The notes under the pieces were generated by a model. That model worked only from the letters and a program-made list of their open reading frames with translations, was not told the DNA's origin and ran no database searches. 64,000 nt of DNA from Myxococcota bacterium (GTDB lineage: Bacteria; Myxococcota_A; UBA9160; UBA4427), in the NCBI GenBank assembly GCA_036336835.1, contig JAYZFK010000062.1, forward strand, positions 96,001 through 160,000, in the 5' to 3' direction. Within the stretch, counting starts at the first letter, position 1. Every line of letters starts with the position of its first letter. This document shows, piece after piece, positions 1 to 10,050 of the stretch. Made by a program: the position numbers and the translations under genes.

Positions 1-447
1 GATCTCCCCCGCGAACGGTATGCCCTGCACCATCGCGTGCTGCGGTCCGATCTGGAAGTCGAGCGGCAGGGTTGGGCTCGCGAAGCGTCGCACGGCCAGC
101 GGGGGGCCGCGGGTCACCCCGGCGGGGCGAGCAATCACGAACAGCGTCGCACCCCGCGGCCCCTCGCGCGCGAGCTCGGGAGCCAGCTCGATGCTGCCGT
201 GGATCGCCGCGGCTGTGCCGTCCGCCCCCGGCTGCGCGTCGGCAAGCTGTCCGGGCCGAACCGAAGGCAATGTGGCACTCGCCGGCGGGCTCGAGAGACT
301 CGTCCCCGGCGACTCGCCTCCCTCGGGGAAGATGCGCGCGAGATCTGGCTCGCGCGGCTGCTCGCCTTCGACGTAGGGCTCGATGTTCCGGTCGCAGACC
401 GCAAGCCCGCAGACCAGGAAAGTCGCCAGAGCGAGTCTGGAACGCAT
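1..447 (-). CDS. Exported/lipoprotein with CcmI/CycH C-terminal-like domain (runs off left edge)
   Basis: Not in ORF track. Manual translation: MRSRLALATFLVCGLAVCDRNIEPY...TLFVIARPAGVTRGPPLAVRRFASPTLPLDFQIGPQHAMVQGIPFAGEI, which resembles the CycH/CcmI C-terminal Ig-like motif. Alternative ATG at 477. Confidence 0.65.
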   Translation of the reverse strand, partial: MRSRLALATFLVCGLAVCDRNIEPYVEGEQPREPDLARIFPEGGESPGTSLSSPPASATLPSVRPGQLADAQPGADGTAAAIHGSIELAPELAREGPRGATLFVIARPAGVTRGPPLAVRRFASPTLPLDFQIGPQHAMVQGIPFAGEI

Positions 448-510
448 CGCGGCGCAACGTAGCGCACCGACTCCCATCGCCCGGGTGCAGAAGACGCTAC
501 CCCTTGGCGA

Positions 511-1689
511 GTGTCCAGGGCAGCTCGCCGATCGCGCTCGCTGATCGCACTCGCGATCCTGCTGGCACCGATCGCCTGCGCACCCGAGCCGGACCCCCGT
601 CCGAACGTACTGCTGCTGGTCGGCAACGGTCTTCGCGCGGCCCACCTCGGCGCTCGAGGCAACCTACGCGAGCCCAGCTCTCCCCACCTCGATGCACTCG
701 CGCGCTCCTCTCTGCGCTTCGTCCGCGCCTATGCGGCGTCGGCGCAAGCCCGCGCGTCACTTGCCGCCATCCTGACCGGACACGCTTCGGCCTCGCCCGG
801 CGTGCCGGCGAACGAAGTTTCGACGCTGGCCGAGAGCTTGCACAACGCGGGCTACACGACCGGCGCGGCGTCGGGACAGCTCGACCTGCTCGAGCGCAGC
901 GGCCTGCTCCAGGGTTTCGATCTCCGGCGCGATCCTCAGCCCGCCAACCGAACCGCGGGAGCGATCGACCCGCCCTTCGGCGCGGCCCTCGAGCTGCTCG
1001 ACGAGCTGGCCGCCGGGCGCGCACCGTGGCTGCTCTTCGTCCACCAGGGCCAGCTCGGCCAGCTCGACCAGCTCGACCAGCTCGACCATCGAGGCGCGGC
1101 GGAGGCGCGGGAGCGGTATGCCGCGCGGCTGCACGCCGCGGACGCGGGGCTGGGTGAGCTGGTTGCCCGGCTCGCCGCGCTCGGCGTCGCCGACCGCACG
1201 CTGATCGCGGTCACGGCCGACCACGGCGTCGCACTCGATCCGCGCGGTCCAGCCATCGGGCAGAGCCTGCACGAGGAGATGATCCGGGTACCGCTACTGC
1301 TGCGCCCGCCGCGCGGTGTGGAGCCGCGCGCAATCCAGCCCCCCGTATCCTTGCTGTCGCTGGCTCCGACACTGCTCGAGCTCGCGGGCGTAGCGGTCGC
1401 AGCGGAACGATTTGCGGCCCCGACGCTCAGCGAGTGGCTTTTCGGCGACCCCGCCCGGCCGGCGGCCAACGCCGTCTTCAGCGAGCTAGGCGCTCAGCGG
1501 GCCGTGATCGAGGCCCGTTACAAGCTGATCCTCGACGGCGCGAGCGGCGAGGCGCGGCTGTACGACCTGGCCGCCGATCCGGGCGAGAAGCACGACCTCG
1601 CCCGGCAGCAACCCGCCCTGCGGGGTCGGCTCGAACGTCTGCTCTCCGCGCGGCCGGAGGCCGCCGCGACAGATCTCAGCCCGCGGTGA
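511..1689 (+). CDS. Sulfatase-fold lipoprotein, active site apparently degenerate
   Basis: Lipobox-like LAPIAC, RPNVLLL, TADHG, RVPLLL and LYDLAADPGE motifs. The catalytic-motif region reads ASAQARASLAAILTG. Confidence 0.8.
   Translation: MSRAARRSRSLIALAILLAPIACAPEPDPRPNVLLLVGNGLRAAHLGARGNLREPSSPHLDALARSSLRFVRAYAASAQARASLAAILTGHASASPGVPANEVSTLAESLHNAGYTTGAASGQLDLLERSGLLQGFDLRRDPQPANRTAGAIDPPFGAALELLDELAAGRAPWLLFVHQGQLGQLDQLDQLDHRGAAEARERYAARLHAADAGLGELVARLAALGVADRTLIAVTADHGVALDPRGPAIGQSLHEEMIRVPLLLRPPRGVEPRAIQPPVSLLSLAPTLLELAGVAVAAERFAAPTLSEWLFGDPARPAANAVFSELGAQRAVIEARYKLILDGASGEARLYDLAADPGEKHDLARQQPALRGRLERLLSARPEAAATDLSPR
1051..1086 (+). repeat. 9-bp in-frame tandem repeat (CAGCTCGRC)x4 encoding QLG-QLD-QLD-QLD
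   Basis: Directly visible in sequence. Confidence 0.9.
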
Positions 1690-2428
1690 CTCCGTTGTCC
1701 ACCGTGAAGATCGAGCCGTGTACGCTCGACGCCGCGTCGGAAGCCAGAAAGGCGATCGCCTCGGCGATCTCCTCGGGCTCGGACATCCCGCGCATCCCCG
1801 AGTAGCGGGCCAGCAGCTTCGGATCAGGATCCTCGGGAAACGACACATTGGCCGTGAGCCCCGTCTTCGTCCCGGCGGGGCAAACGCAGTTCACGCGGAT
1901 CGGGGACTTCATGTATTCCATCGCCATGGCCTTGGTCAGCTGGATGACCGCGCCCTTCGTCGCGCAGTAGGAAACTGTGTAGGCCTGTCCCATCAGCCCG
2001 GCGTTCGAGGCAACGTTGACGATGTTGCCCGCGCTCTCCTCGAGATGAGGAACGGCCGCCTGGGACATGAAGAAGACGGCGGACTGGTTGATCGCGACCA
2101 GCCGGCCCCACTCCTGCTCGGTGATCTCGGTCATGCGCTCGATCTGGACGATGCCCGCGACGTTGAGCAGGCTATCGAGCCGGCCGAACGCCGACACGGC
2201 CTGGGCCACGGCGTCGAAACACGCATCGCGAGTGCTGAGATCGACCCCCGCGGTCTCGATCTTGCCGCCCGCGCTCGTCACGCGCTGCGCGGTCTCGGCG
2301 AGTCCAGCCTCGTTGACGTCGAGTCCAAAGACCGCAGCGCCGTCGGCCGCGAACCGCTCGGCGCAGGCGCGTCCCATTCCCGATGCAGCGCCCGTGATCA
2401 GCGCGACCTTGCCGTCGAAACGTCCCAT
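1676..2428 (-). CDS. SDR family oxidoreductase
   Basis: TGAASGMG, NVAG and YCATK motifs. Confidence 0.93.
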   Translation of the reverse strand: MGRFDGKVALITGAASGMGRACAERFAADGAAVFGLDVNEAGLAETAQRVTSAGGKIETAGVDLSTRDACFDAVAQAVSAFGRLDSLLNVAGIVQIERMTEITEQEWGRLVAINQSAVFFMSQAAVPHLEESAGNIVNVASNAGLMGQAYTVSYCATKGAVIQLTKAMAMEYMKSPIRVNCVCPAGTKTGLTANVSFPEDPDPKLLARYSGMRGMSEPEEIAEAIAFLASDAASSVHGSIFTVDNGVTAG

Positions 2429-2506
2429 CTTCGATCACTCCTGTACCTCGCTCGGAAACCGCGAAGGCGCGCGACGATAGCGCCGCGTTATACTTGCCGC
2501 CGACGG

Positions 2507-2605
2507 AGCCCGGGGGGGGGTCCTCTCCGCACCGAGTGTGGAGCGATCGGCCTGAGAGCATACCCCTCGAACCTGATCTCGTTTGAACGAGCGTAGGGAA
2601 GGGCC
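2507..2605 (+). ncRNA. TPP riboswitch (THI element)
   Basis: GGGG...CTGAGA-gcat-ACCC..GAACCTGATC.CGTTTGAACGAGCGTAGGGAA consensus, directly upstream of thiC. Confidence 0.93.
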
Positions 2606-2679
2606 CGGATGGCACCGCTTCGCGGCGCTCCGTGGCAAAAGCAGAGACCCTATCCTTCTTTCCTCGACCCGGAGGTGCC

Positions 2680-4491
<1,812 letters not shown>

Positions 4492-4527
4492 AGCTCGGAG
4501 AGAGCGACTCCCCGCGGGCGTCGATCC

Positions 4528-4563
4528 AAACGAAAGCGGCCCGGAACGCGAGGTTCCGGGCCG
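4528..4563 (-). terminator. Intrinsic terminator (11-bp stem), U-rich tail on minus strand; may also serve thiC
   Basis: CGGCCCGGAAC/GTTCCGGGCCG stem (4537-4547/4553-4563), followed on minus by CTTTCGTTT. Confidence 0.8.
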
Positions 4564-4721
4564 TCCCGTCAGGGCTTCCCCCCCCCGGATCAGCCCCGAT
4601 CTAGAGCCAACTATTCGGCGGCTGGTGTCACGCCTTGAGCACTTTTGCGCACGGTCTACCGGTCCGTGCGGTGGCAGACCACAGGCAGATTCGAACGGCC
4701 GGCCCGATCGGGGACAGCTGG
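4528..4721 (-). ncRNA. Candidate novel structured sRNA (~190 nt)
   Basis: Long irregular rod 4594-4713 with G-U pairs only on the minus strand, upstream sigma54-like promoter, downstream terminator, no credible ORF. Confidence 0.6.
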
Positions 4722-4732
4722 CCCGCGCATCG

Positions 4733-4748
4733 GCAAGGGCCCGACCAA
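4733..4748 (-). promoter_or_regulatory. sigma54-like -24/-12 promoter
   Basis: Minus strand TTGGTCGGGCCCTTGC: GG-N10-GC with canonical TTGC. Confidence 0.45.
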
Positions 4749-4788
4749 GCGAGCTTCCGCCGCGCGATCCGGGCTAGGCTTCCGGGGC

Positions 4789-5250
4789 ATGAGAGGATGG
4801 CTCCGCGCGCTTCGCTGGCTCTTGCTCGGCGGTTGGCTCGGCTCGTGGGCCCTGTTCGCGTTCGTGATCGCGCCGACGGCGTTTCGGCTGCTCCCCTCCG
4901 GCGACGCCGCGGGCGATCTGGTGTCGCCGGTGCTGCGAATCCTCCACCTCTACGGCCTCGCCGCGGGAATCGTTACATTTGCGATCTCGTTCTCATTTCG
5001 TGAGAGCGCTCTGCTCGTGCTGCTTCCCGCGGTCCTAGCTCTGCTCTGTGCACTGACGGAGTTTGGCATCACGCCGTCGATCAGCGAGGCCGGGCCGAGC
5101 GCGGGGGTCCTCCCCGCCACCGAGGGTGCGGCGGAGCAGTTTGCCCAGATGCACCAGGCGTCGCGGATGTTGTTCGCCTCGATCCTCGCGGGGGTCGCGC
5201 TCCTGATGGTCCTGCACTCCCGCGACAGCTACTCGGCCCCGCAGGAGTGA
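4789..5250 (+). CDS. DUF4149/TMEM205-like membrane protein
   Basis: Four hydrophobic segments; WLGSWALFAFVIAPTAF and FAQMHQASR motifs. Confidence 0.8.
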   Translation: MRGWLRALRWLLLGGWLGSWALFAFVIAPTAFRLLPSGDAAGDLVSPVLRILHLYGLAAGIVTFAISFSFRESALLVLLPAVLALLCALTEFGITPSISEAGPSAGVLPATEGAAEQFAQMHQASRMLFASILAGVALLMVLHSRDSYSAPQE

Positions 5251-5497
5251 AGACAAGGGGCGCCATAGCGCAGATTTCCTTGGCCCCGGCCAGAGCCGTG
5301 GTGTATCCTACGCTGCTCTGACGGGATTTTACCTTTTTTTTCGCATACTTAGGACGAGAGTCGCAGATTGGGGGCCGAGCTCCCAGGGTTGCGACACGCA
5401 ACAGACGGCCTTCCCTTCAGTCAGACTTCGACTACCGCTACCAATCCCCGGCGGGATTCGCGTGCCCTGAGCCCGAATCGGGCTAGGAGAGAGACGG

Positions 5498-5707
5498 ATG
5501 GACGTAAGGGATACGAAGATCAAGGTTACCCTGGAGTTTTCCGTCTCCGGGAGCGGGCTAGAGGACGCTCTTGCCGAGTACGACGAGCTGACCGTCGAGG
5601 GCATGCTTCGCGAGATGCTCGACAAAGCGATCGCTTGCGACGAAATTGCCGTCGCCGTCGTCGATGGTCCCAATACGCTCGAGGACTACGACCAGCTCAC
5701 AGATTAG
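5498..5707 (+). CDS. Small acidic hypothetical protein (69 aa)
   Basis: RBS AGGAGA, typical codon usage, 18 D/E versus 5 K/R. Confidence 0.8.
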   Translation: MDVRDTKIKVTLEFSVSGSGLEDALAEYDELTVEGMLREMLDKAIACDEIAVAVVDGPNTLEDYDQLTD

Positions 5708-5737
5708 AGCTCCCAGCCAATCAACCCTCGAACGAGC

Positions 5738-6214
5738 TCAAAACAGGCTCAGCTGCTCGGGCTGGGGCGCGACCGGCTGGCTTGCGGGCGGCGTCCCCAC
5801 CCGCGGTCGAGGCGATGTCGGCCAGCGCGCCGGCGGCGACGGGCCGGCCGGAGACGGAGCAGGCGGCACGGGCCGGGCAGGCCGGTAGATGGCCTGTTGA
5901 CGAGCCCAGCCGAGTAGCTCGAGATAGAAGCGCTTGAAGCGCGCTCCGTGGTTGAAGTGCCGCAGATGCGCGAGCTCGTGGCACAGTGTGTTGATCAGGC
6001 TCGAATAGCGCAGGGGCTGCCCTGTGGTCGCATGGCGCAGCCGGATGCGGATCGTACCGTCGGAGTAGCAAATACCGTAGCGGCGCTTGACGTTGGCGCG
6101 CTCTGCCTCGATGAGGCGCAAACGCAAGCCGAACCGACGCGCGATCCGCGTTCCATCGCAGCTAAGCCGCTCGATCAGGTCGCGGTTCTCTCGCTGGCGC
6201 TGGGTGCGGCTCAT
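5738..6214 (-). CDS. WLM/Wss1-SprT-like zinc metallopeptidase
   Basis: IRIRLRH...INTLCHELAHLRHFNHGARF (HExxHxxxxxH). Start ATG at 6214. Confidence 0.8.
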   Translation of the reverse strand: MSRTQRQRENRDLIERLSCDGTRIARRFGLRLRLIEAERANVKRRYGICYSDGTIRIRLRHATTGQPLRYSSLINTLCHELAHLRHFNHGARFKRFYLELLGWARQQAIYRPARPVPPAPSPAGPSPPARWPTSPRPRVGTPPASQPVAPQPEQLSLF

Positions 6215-6308
6215 CCTCGTAGGTCGAGTTTTCCCGGCGCGCCTCGGGACGTCAAGCCCAGCACGGCCCGCTGCTACGCTCGGGGCAGAGGAGCGCTGAC
6301 GCGACTTG

Positions 6309-6965
6309 ATGCGGATACCGATCTTTCCTCTCGAGAATGTCGTGCTCTTCCCTCGTGTCCAGGTGCCGCTGCACATCTTCGAGCCGCGCTACCGACAGAT
6401 GACCCACGAGGCGCTCGCGGGTGATCGCCGCATTGGAATGGTCGTCGTAAGGCCCGAGAGCACTGGCGACATGCAGCACCACCCGCCGGTGTTCGAGGTC
6501 GGCTGCACCGGTGACATCCAGCGGGCAGAGGAGCTCCCGGGCGGGCGCTTCAACGTCATCCTCGCAGGCACTGCCCGCTTCGCGATCGAGCGAGAGGAGG
6601 CGCCGGACGGCGAGCGACTGTATCGCCGGGCTCACATCCGTGAGCTGGCCGATCCCTATCCCGAGCAGGACCGCCCGCGCGTTCTCGCATTGCGCGGCGA
6701 GATCTACGAGCTGATGCAGCAGCTGCTGACGATCCTCGCCCCGAGCCGGGTCGAGATCTTCGAGCAGCAACCGATTGCACGGTTCGACGACGAGAAATTC
6801 GTCAACACGCTTTCGCAGTCGATCGACTTCGCACCGCCCGAGAAGCAGGCACTGATCGAGAGCAATGGTGTGCGCGAACGCTACGAAAGGCTGGCCGATT
6901 CCATGCGTTTTCGACTGGCGGAGGTGTCGAGCGGCGGCAGCTCGGGGTCCAGTGTCGTGCAGTAG
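6309..6965 (+). CDS. Stand-alone LON substrate-binding (N) domain protein
   Basis: IPIFPLENVVLFP, PLHIFEPRYRQM and EKQALIE motifs. Confidence 0.92.
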   Translation: MRIPIFPLENVVLFPRVQVPLHIFEPRYRQMTHEALAGDRRIGMVVVRPESTGDMQHHPPVFEVGCTGDIQRAEELPGGRFNVILAGTARFAIEREEAPDGERLYRRAHIRELADPYPEQDRPRVLALRGEIYELMQQLLTILAPSRVEIFEQQPIARFDDEKFVNTLSQSIDFAPPEKQALIESNGVRERYERLADSMRFRLAEVSSGGSSGSSVVQ

Positions 6966-7004
6966 AATCGGTCCTTCATTTTCATTCGATTTTTCGCGAA
7001 TAGA

Positions 7005-7042
7005 GCTGAAAATAGATGATCCGTGCCGATTCTGTTTTCAGC
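7005..7042. repeat. AT-rich inverted repeat upstream of dnaA-like gene (terminator or operator)
   Basis: GCTGAAAATAGA-N14-TCTGTTTTCAGC. Confidence 0.6.
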
Positions 7043-7330
7043 AAATGCTCCCTCGGTGCGCCGTGTCAGATGTCCGATGTTGCATCCACGTCGTCGGCGA
7101 ACTGCGCGTATCTACGTATCGATCTGGCTTCGTAACGACGGTTCACACCGCGGCTCGTCGGGCTTCGTGACGCTGCGTTCGTGTGTAGGTGTGATCGAGA
7201 GATCGTGAAGAATCGAATTTGCCCACCTGCGAGTGGCTTGGCATACTCGCGGCCGTTTGGGACGGACTTGGAAAACCTGGTGAGAGGGAGCCAACTCCGT
7301 CCAAAACCCCTGAAACCTGGATGAGATCTC

Positions 7331-8809
7331 ATGACCTTGCCCCCCGAGGTCTGGGACGGTGTTTTGCGCCGACTTGCTCGGGAGCTGCCACCGTTCGCCA
7401 CTGAATCCTGGCTCGCGAAGCTGATTCCCCAGCATCGCGACGGTCAGCTGTACCTGCTAGCTCCCAACGCGTTTCACAAGAACCGAGTTCGCGACACCCT
7501 GCTCCCGGGGATCCGGGCTCTGCTGCGCGAGGAACTCGGGCGCGAGATTGCGGTGCAGGTCGAGGTCGGCGGTAGCGACGAGGCACGGCGCGAGATGGAG
7601 CGACACGTGCTCGAGGTGTGCAGTCCACAGCCGATCCACGAGGCGCGCAGCGTGCCCGCAGAGCGAGTCGAATCGCGAGCACAGGTCGCTGTAGGGGCAG
7701 CTCGCCCACAGCCCACCCCGGCGTCGAACCCCACGACGCTGAAGCTGGTCGATCCGAAGCCTCCCACACAGGGCAGCTCCGATCAGTGCTTTGCCAACTT
7801 CGTGGTCGGTCCGACCAACTCGCTGGCGCGCGAGGCATCGCTCGCGATCGCGACACAGCGCCACGCCCAGCTCCAGAAGCTGTATCTGTACTCCCCGGCG
7901 GGACTCGGCAAGACCCACCTGGCGAGAGCGATCGCCCTCGAGTCGAGCCAGCGTGAGCGCGTCCGCTACGCAACCGCCGAGCGCTTTACCAACGATTTCA
8001 TGACAGCCGTCCGCGCGAAGACGATTCCAGCGATGATGCGCCGCTATCGCAAGCAGCTCGAGGTGCTGGTCATCGAGGACGTCCAGTTCCTGAGCGGCAA
8101 GAGCGGAACCCAGCTGGAGCTGTTCCACACCGTGCAAGAGCTCGTCGACGGAGGTGCGCGGGTCGTGTTCACGGGCGATCGCCCGGCCGCCGAACTCGAT
8201 CTCGAACCGCAGCTCCGCGACCAGATCTGCAGCAGCTTCCTGGCGCCGATCGAGTCTCCCGACGCCCAGCTGCGACGCCAGCTGCTGCGCGAGAAGGCGG
8301 CCGCCGGCGGGATCGGGCTGCCCGAGGAGTGCCTCGACGCGATGGTCCAGCACCTCACCGGGAGCGTCCGCGAGCTCGATGCGGCGCTGGTCCAGCTCGT
8401 GACGACCGCCTCGTTGCTGCGCCGCCCGATCGACCGTCAGCTCGTGCACGAGGTGCTGGAGACCAAGGGAGCGATCCCGCCCTCTGGCGCGCGACGGGCG
8501 ACACCCGCGCTGGTGATCGAGGTGGTCGCGCGCTTCTTCGACACCACCCCGGCCGCGCTGGCCACGCGATCCCGGCGGCGAGACGTCCTCGTCCCGCGCC
8601 AGCTCGCAATGGTCCTGTGCCGCCGCTTCACCGACGTCTCACTGGTCGAGATCGGCCGGGCCTTCGGCCGAGAACACTCGGCTGTCCGAAACGCGATTCG
8701 CGCGGTAGAGCGACGAGTCACCGAGCGCGCGCCCGCCCGCTACCAGCTGGAAGCCGTCTCGGGAAGAGTCCGCGAGACACTCGAAGGATGCGTCGACGAG
8801 CCCCGCTGA
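7331..8809 (+). CDS. DnaA-like protein (divergent paralogue; domains I, III, IV)
   Basis: APNAFHKNRV (domain I), FANFVVGPTN, SPAGLGKTHL, IEDVQFL, SVRELDAAL and SLVEIGRAFGREHSAV motifs. No dnaN downstream. Confidence 0.9.
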   Translation: MTLPPEVWDGVLRRLARELPPFATESWLAKLIPQHRDGQLYLLAPNAFHKNRVRDTLLPGIRALLREELGREIAVQVEVGGSDEARREMERHVLEVCSPQPIHEARSVPAERVESRAQVAVGAARPQPTPASNPTTLKLVDPKPPTQGSSDQCFANFVVGPTNSLAREASLAIATQRHAQLQKLYLYSPAGLGKTHLARAIALESSQRERVRYATAERFTNDFMTAVRAKTIPAMMRRYRKQLEVLVIEDVQFLSGKSGTQLELFHTVQELVDGGARVVFTGDRPAAELDLEPQLRDQICSSFLAPIESPDAQLRRQLLREKAAAGGIGLPEECLDAMVQHLTGSVRELDAALVQLVTTASLLRRPIDRQLVHEVLETKGAIPPSGARRATPALVIEVVARFFDTTPAALATRSRRRDVLVPRQLAMVLCRRFTDVSLVEIGRAFGREHSAVRNAIRAVERRVTERAPARYQLEAVSGRVRETLEGCVDEPR

Positions 8810-8819
8810 GGGTGGGGGA

Positions 8820-10049
8820 TTACCCCACGCTCAGGCGAGCTCGTTCGCCGTCCCGGAAGCGAGTGGGCCCGGCGATGGTGGGCTGCTGACCGGGCTCGAG
8901 CGACGGCGGGTCGAGCGCTGGGGCGTCGAATCGCTGGAGCTCGGCATACAGGGTGCTGCGCTCGACGGGCGTTCGGCCGATCTCGCGGATCAGACGGCGG
9001 AACTCCTCCGGCGGTGTGTTCTCGCCGTGCTCGGAGCCGGACTCGCGACTGATGGATTCTTCCATCAGGGTCCCGCCGAAGTCGTTGGCACCCGAGCACA
9101 GGCCCAGCTGGCCCAGCTTCGGCCCCATCTTCACCCACGAGATCTGGACGTTCTGGATCCACGGGCGCAGGAACAGCCGAGCGACTGCGATGATGCGTAG
9201 ATCGTCGGGCGCCGACGGACCGGGGCGCGCCCCCATGAAGTTGTAGAGCAGGTTGCGCTCGTGGATGAAGCCGAGCGGGACGAACTCTGTGAAACCGCCG
9301 GTCCGCCGCTGGATGTCGCGCAGCAGACCCAGGTGCTCGGCCACGTGTCGCGGCGTCTCGATGTGGCCGTACATCAGCGTCGAGGTCGATCGCAGCCCGA
9401 TCTCGTGCGCCGTCGACACGATCTCGACCCAGCGATCGCGCTTCAGCTTGTTCGGCGACAGGATGTTGCGCACGTCGTCGTCGAGAATCTCAGCTGCCGT
9501 TCCGGGCATCGTCCCCAGACCCGCCTCGACCAGCCACTGCAGATACTCGGCCAGCGGCATCCCGCTCTTCTTGTGCCCGAAGTCGATCTCCTCGGGCGAG
9601 AAGGCGTGGATGTGGAGCTCGGGGAACTCGGACTTGATCGAGGTCAGGATCTCCCGGTAGTGGCGGTGATCCTTGCCTGGGTGGATCCCACCCTGGATGC
9701 ACACCTCGCTGGCACCGCGCGCGACCGCGTCGCGGCACTTGCCGAGCAGCAGCTCCATTGGATGGTCGTAGGCACCTTCCTCGTCGGCATGGCGCGCGAA
9801 GCCGCAGAAGCTGCAGCCGACGTAGCAGACGTTGGTGAAGTTGAGGTTCCGGCACACCACGTAGGTGACGTCGTCGCCCTTGTCGTCCTGGCGCGCGATA
9901 TCGCCCGCGCGCATCAGCGCGTGCAGGTCGGCACCCTGCGCGGTCATCAGACGCTCCGCGTCGTCGACCGTCAGCTCCCTGCCGGACAGCGCTCCGTCGA
10001 GGATCGCGGCCACATCCTGGGATACGTCGGAAAACAATCGTTCGAGCAT
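8820..10049 (-). CDS. cofH: FO synthase subunit CofH (radical SAM)
   Basis: NLNFTNVCYVGCSFCGF, MPGTAAEIL and ANDFGGTLMEESISR motifs; adjacent to cofG. Confidence 0.9.
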   Translation of the reverse strand: MLERLFSDVSQDVAAILDGALSGRELTVDDAERLMTAQGADLHALMRAGDIARQDDKGDDVTYVVCRNLNFTNVCYVGCSFCGFARHADEEGAYDHPMELLLGKCRDAVARGASEVCIQGGIHPGKDHRHYREILTSIKSEFPELHIHAFSPEEIDFGHKKSGMPLAEYLQWLVEAGLGTMPGTAAEILDDDVRNILSPNKLKRDRWVEIVSTAHEIGLRSTSTLMYGHIETPRHVAEHLGLLRDIQRRTGGFTEFVPLGFIHERNLLYNFMGARPGPSAPDDLRIIAVARLFLRPWIQNVQISWVKMGPKLGQLGLCSGANDFGGTLMEESISRESGSEHGENTPPEEFRRLIREIGRTPVERSTLYAELQRFDAPALDPPSLEPGQQPTIAGPTRFRDGERARLSVG

Positions 10050-10050
10050 G

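Noticed and set aside
4594..4713. Assigning the rod RNA as 6S or SRP RNA
   Set aside because: No SRP GGAA-loop/AGCAG motif and no zapA-ygfA context typical of 6S; left unassigned pending an Rfam search.
6966..7330. oriC upstream of dnaA
   Set aside because: No canonical DnaA boxes, no dnaN/rpmH context, and the DnaA is divergent.
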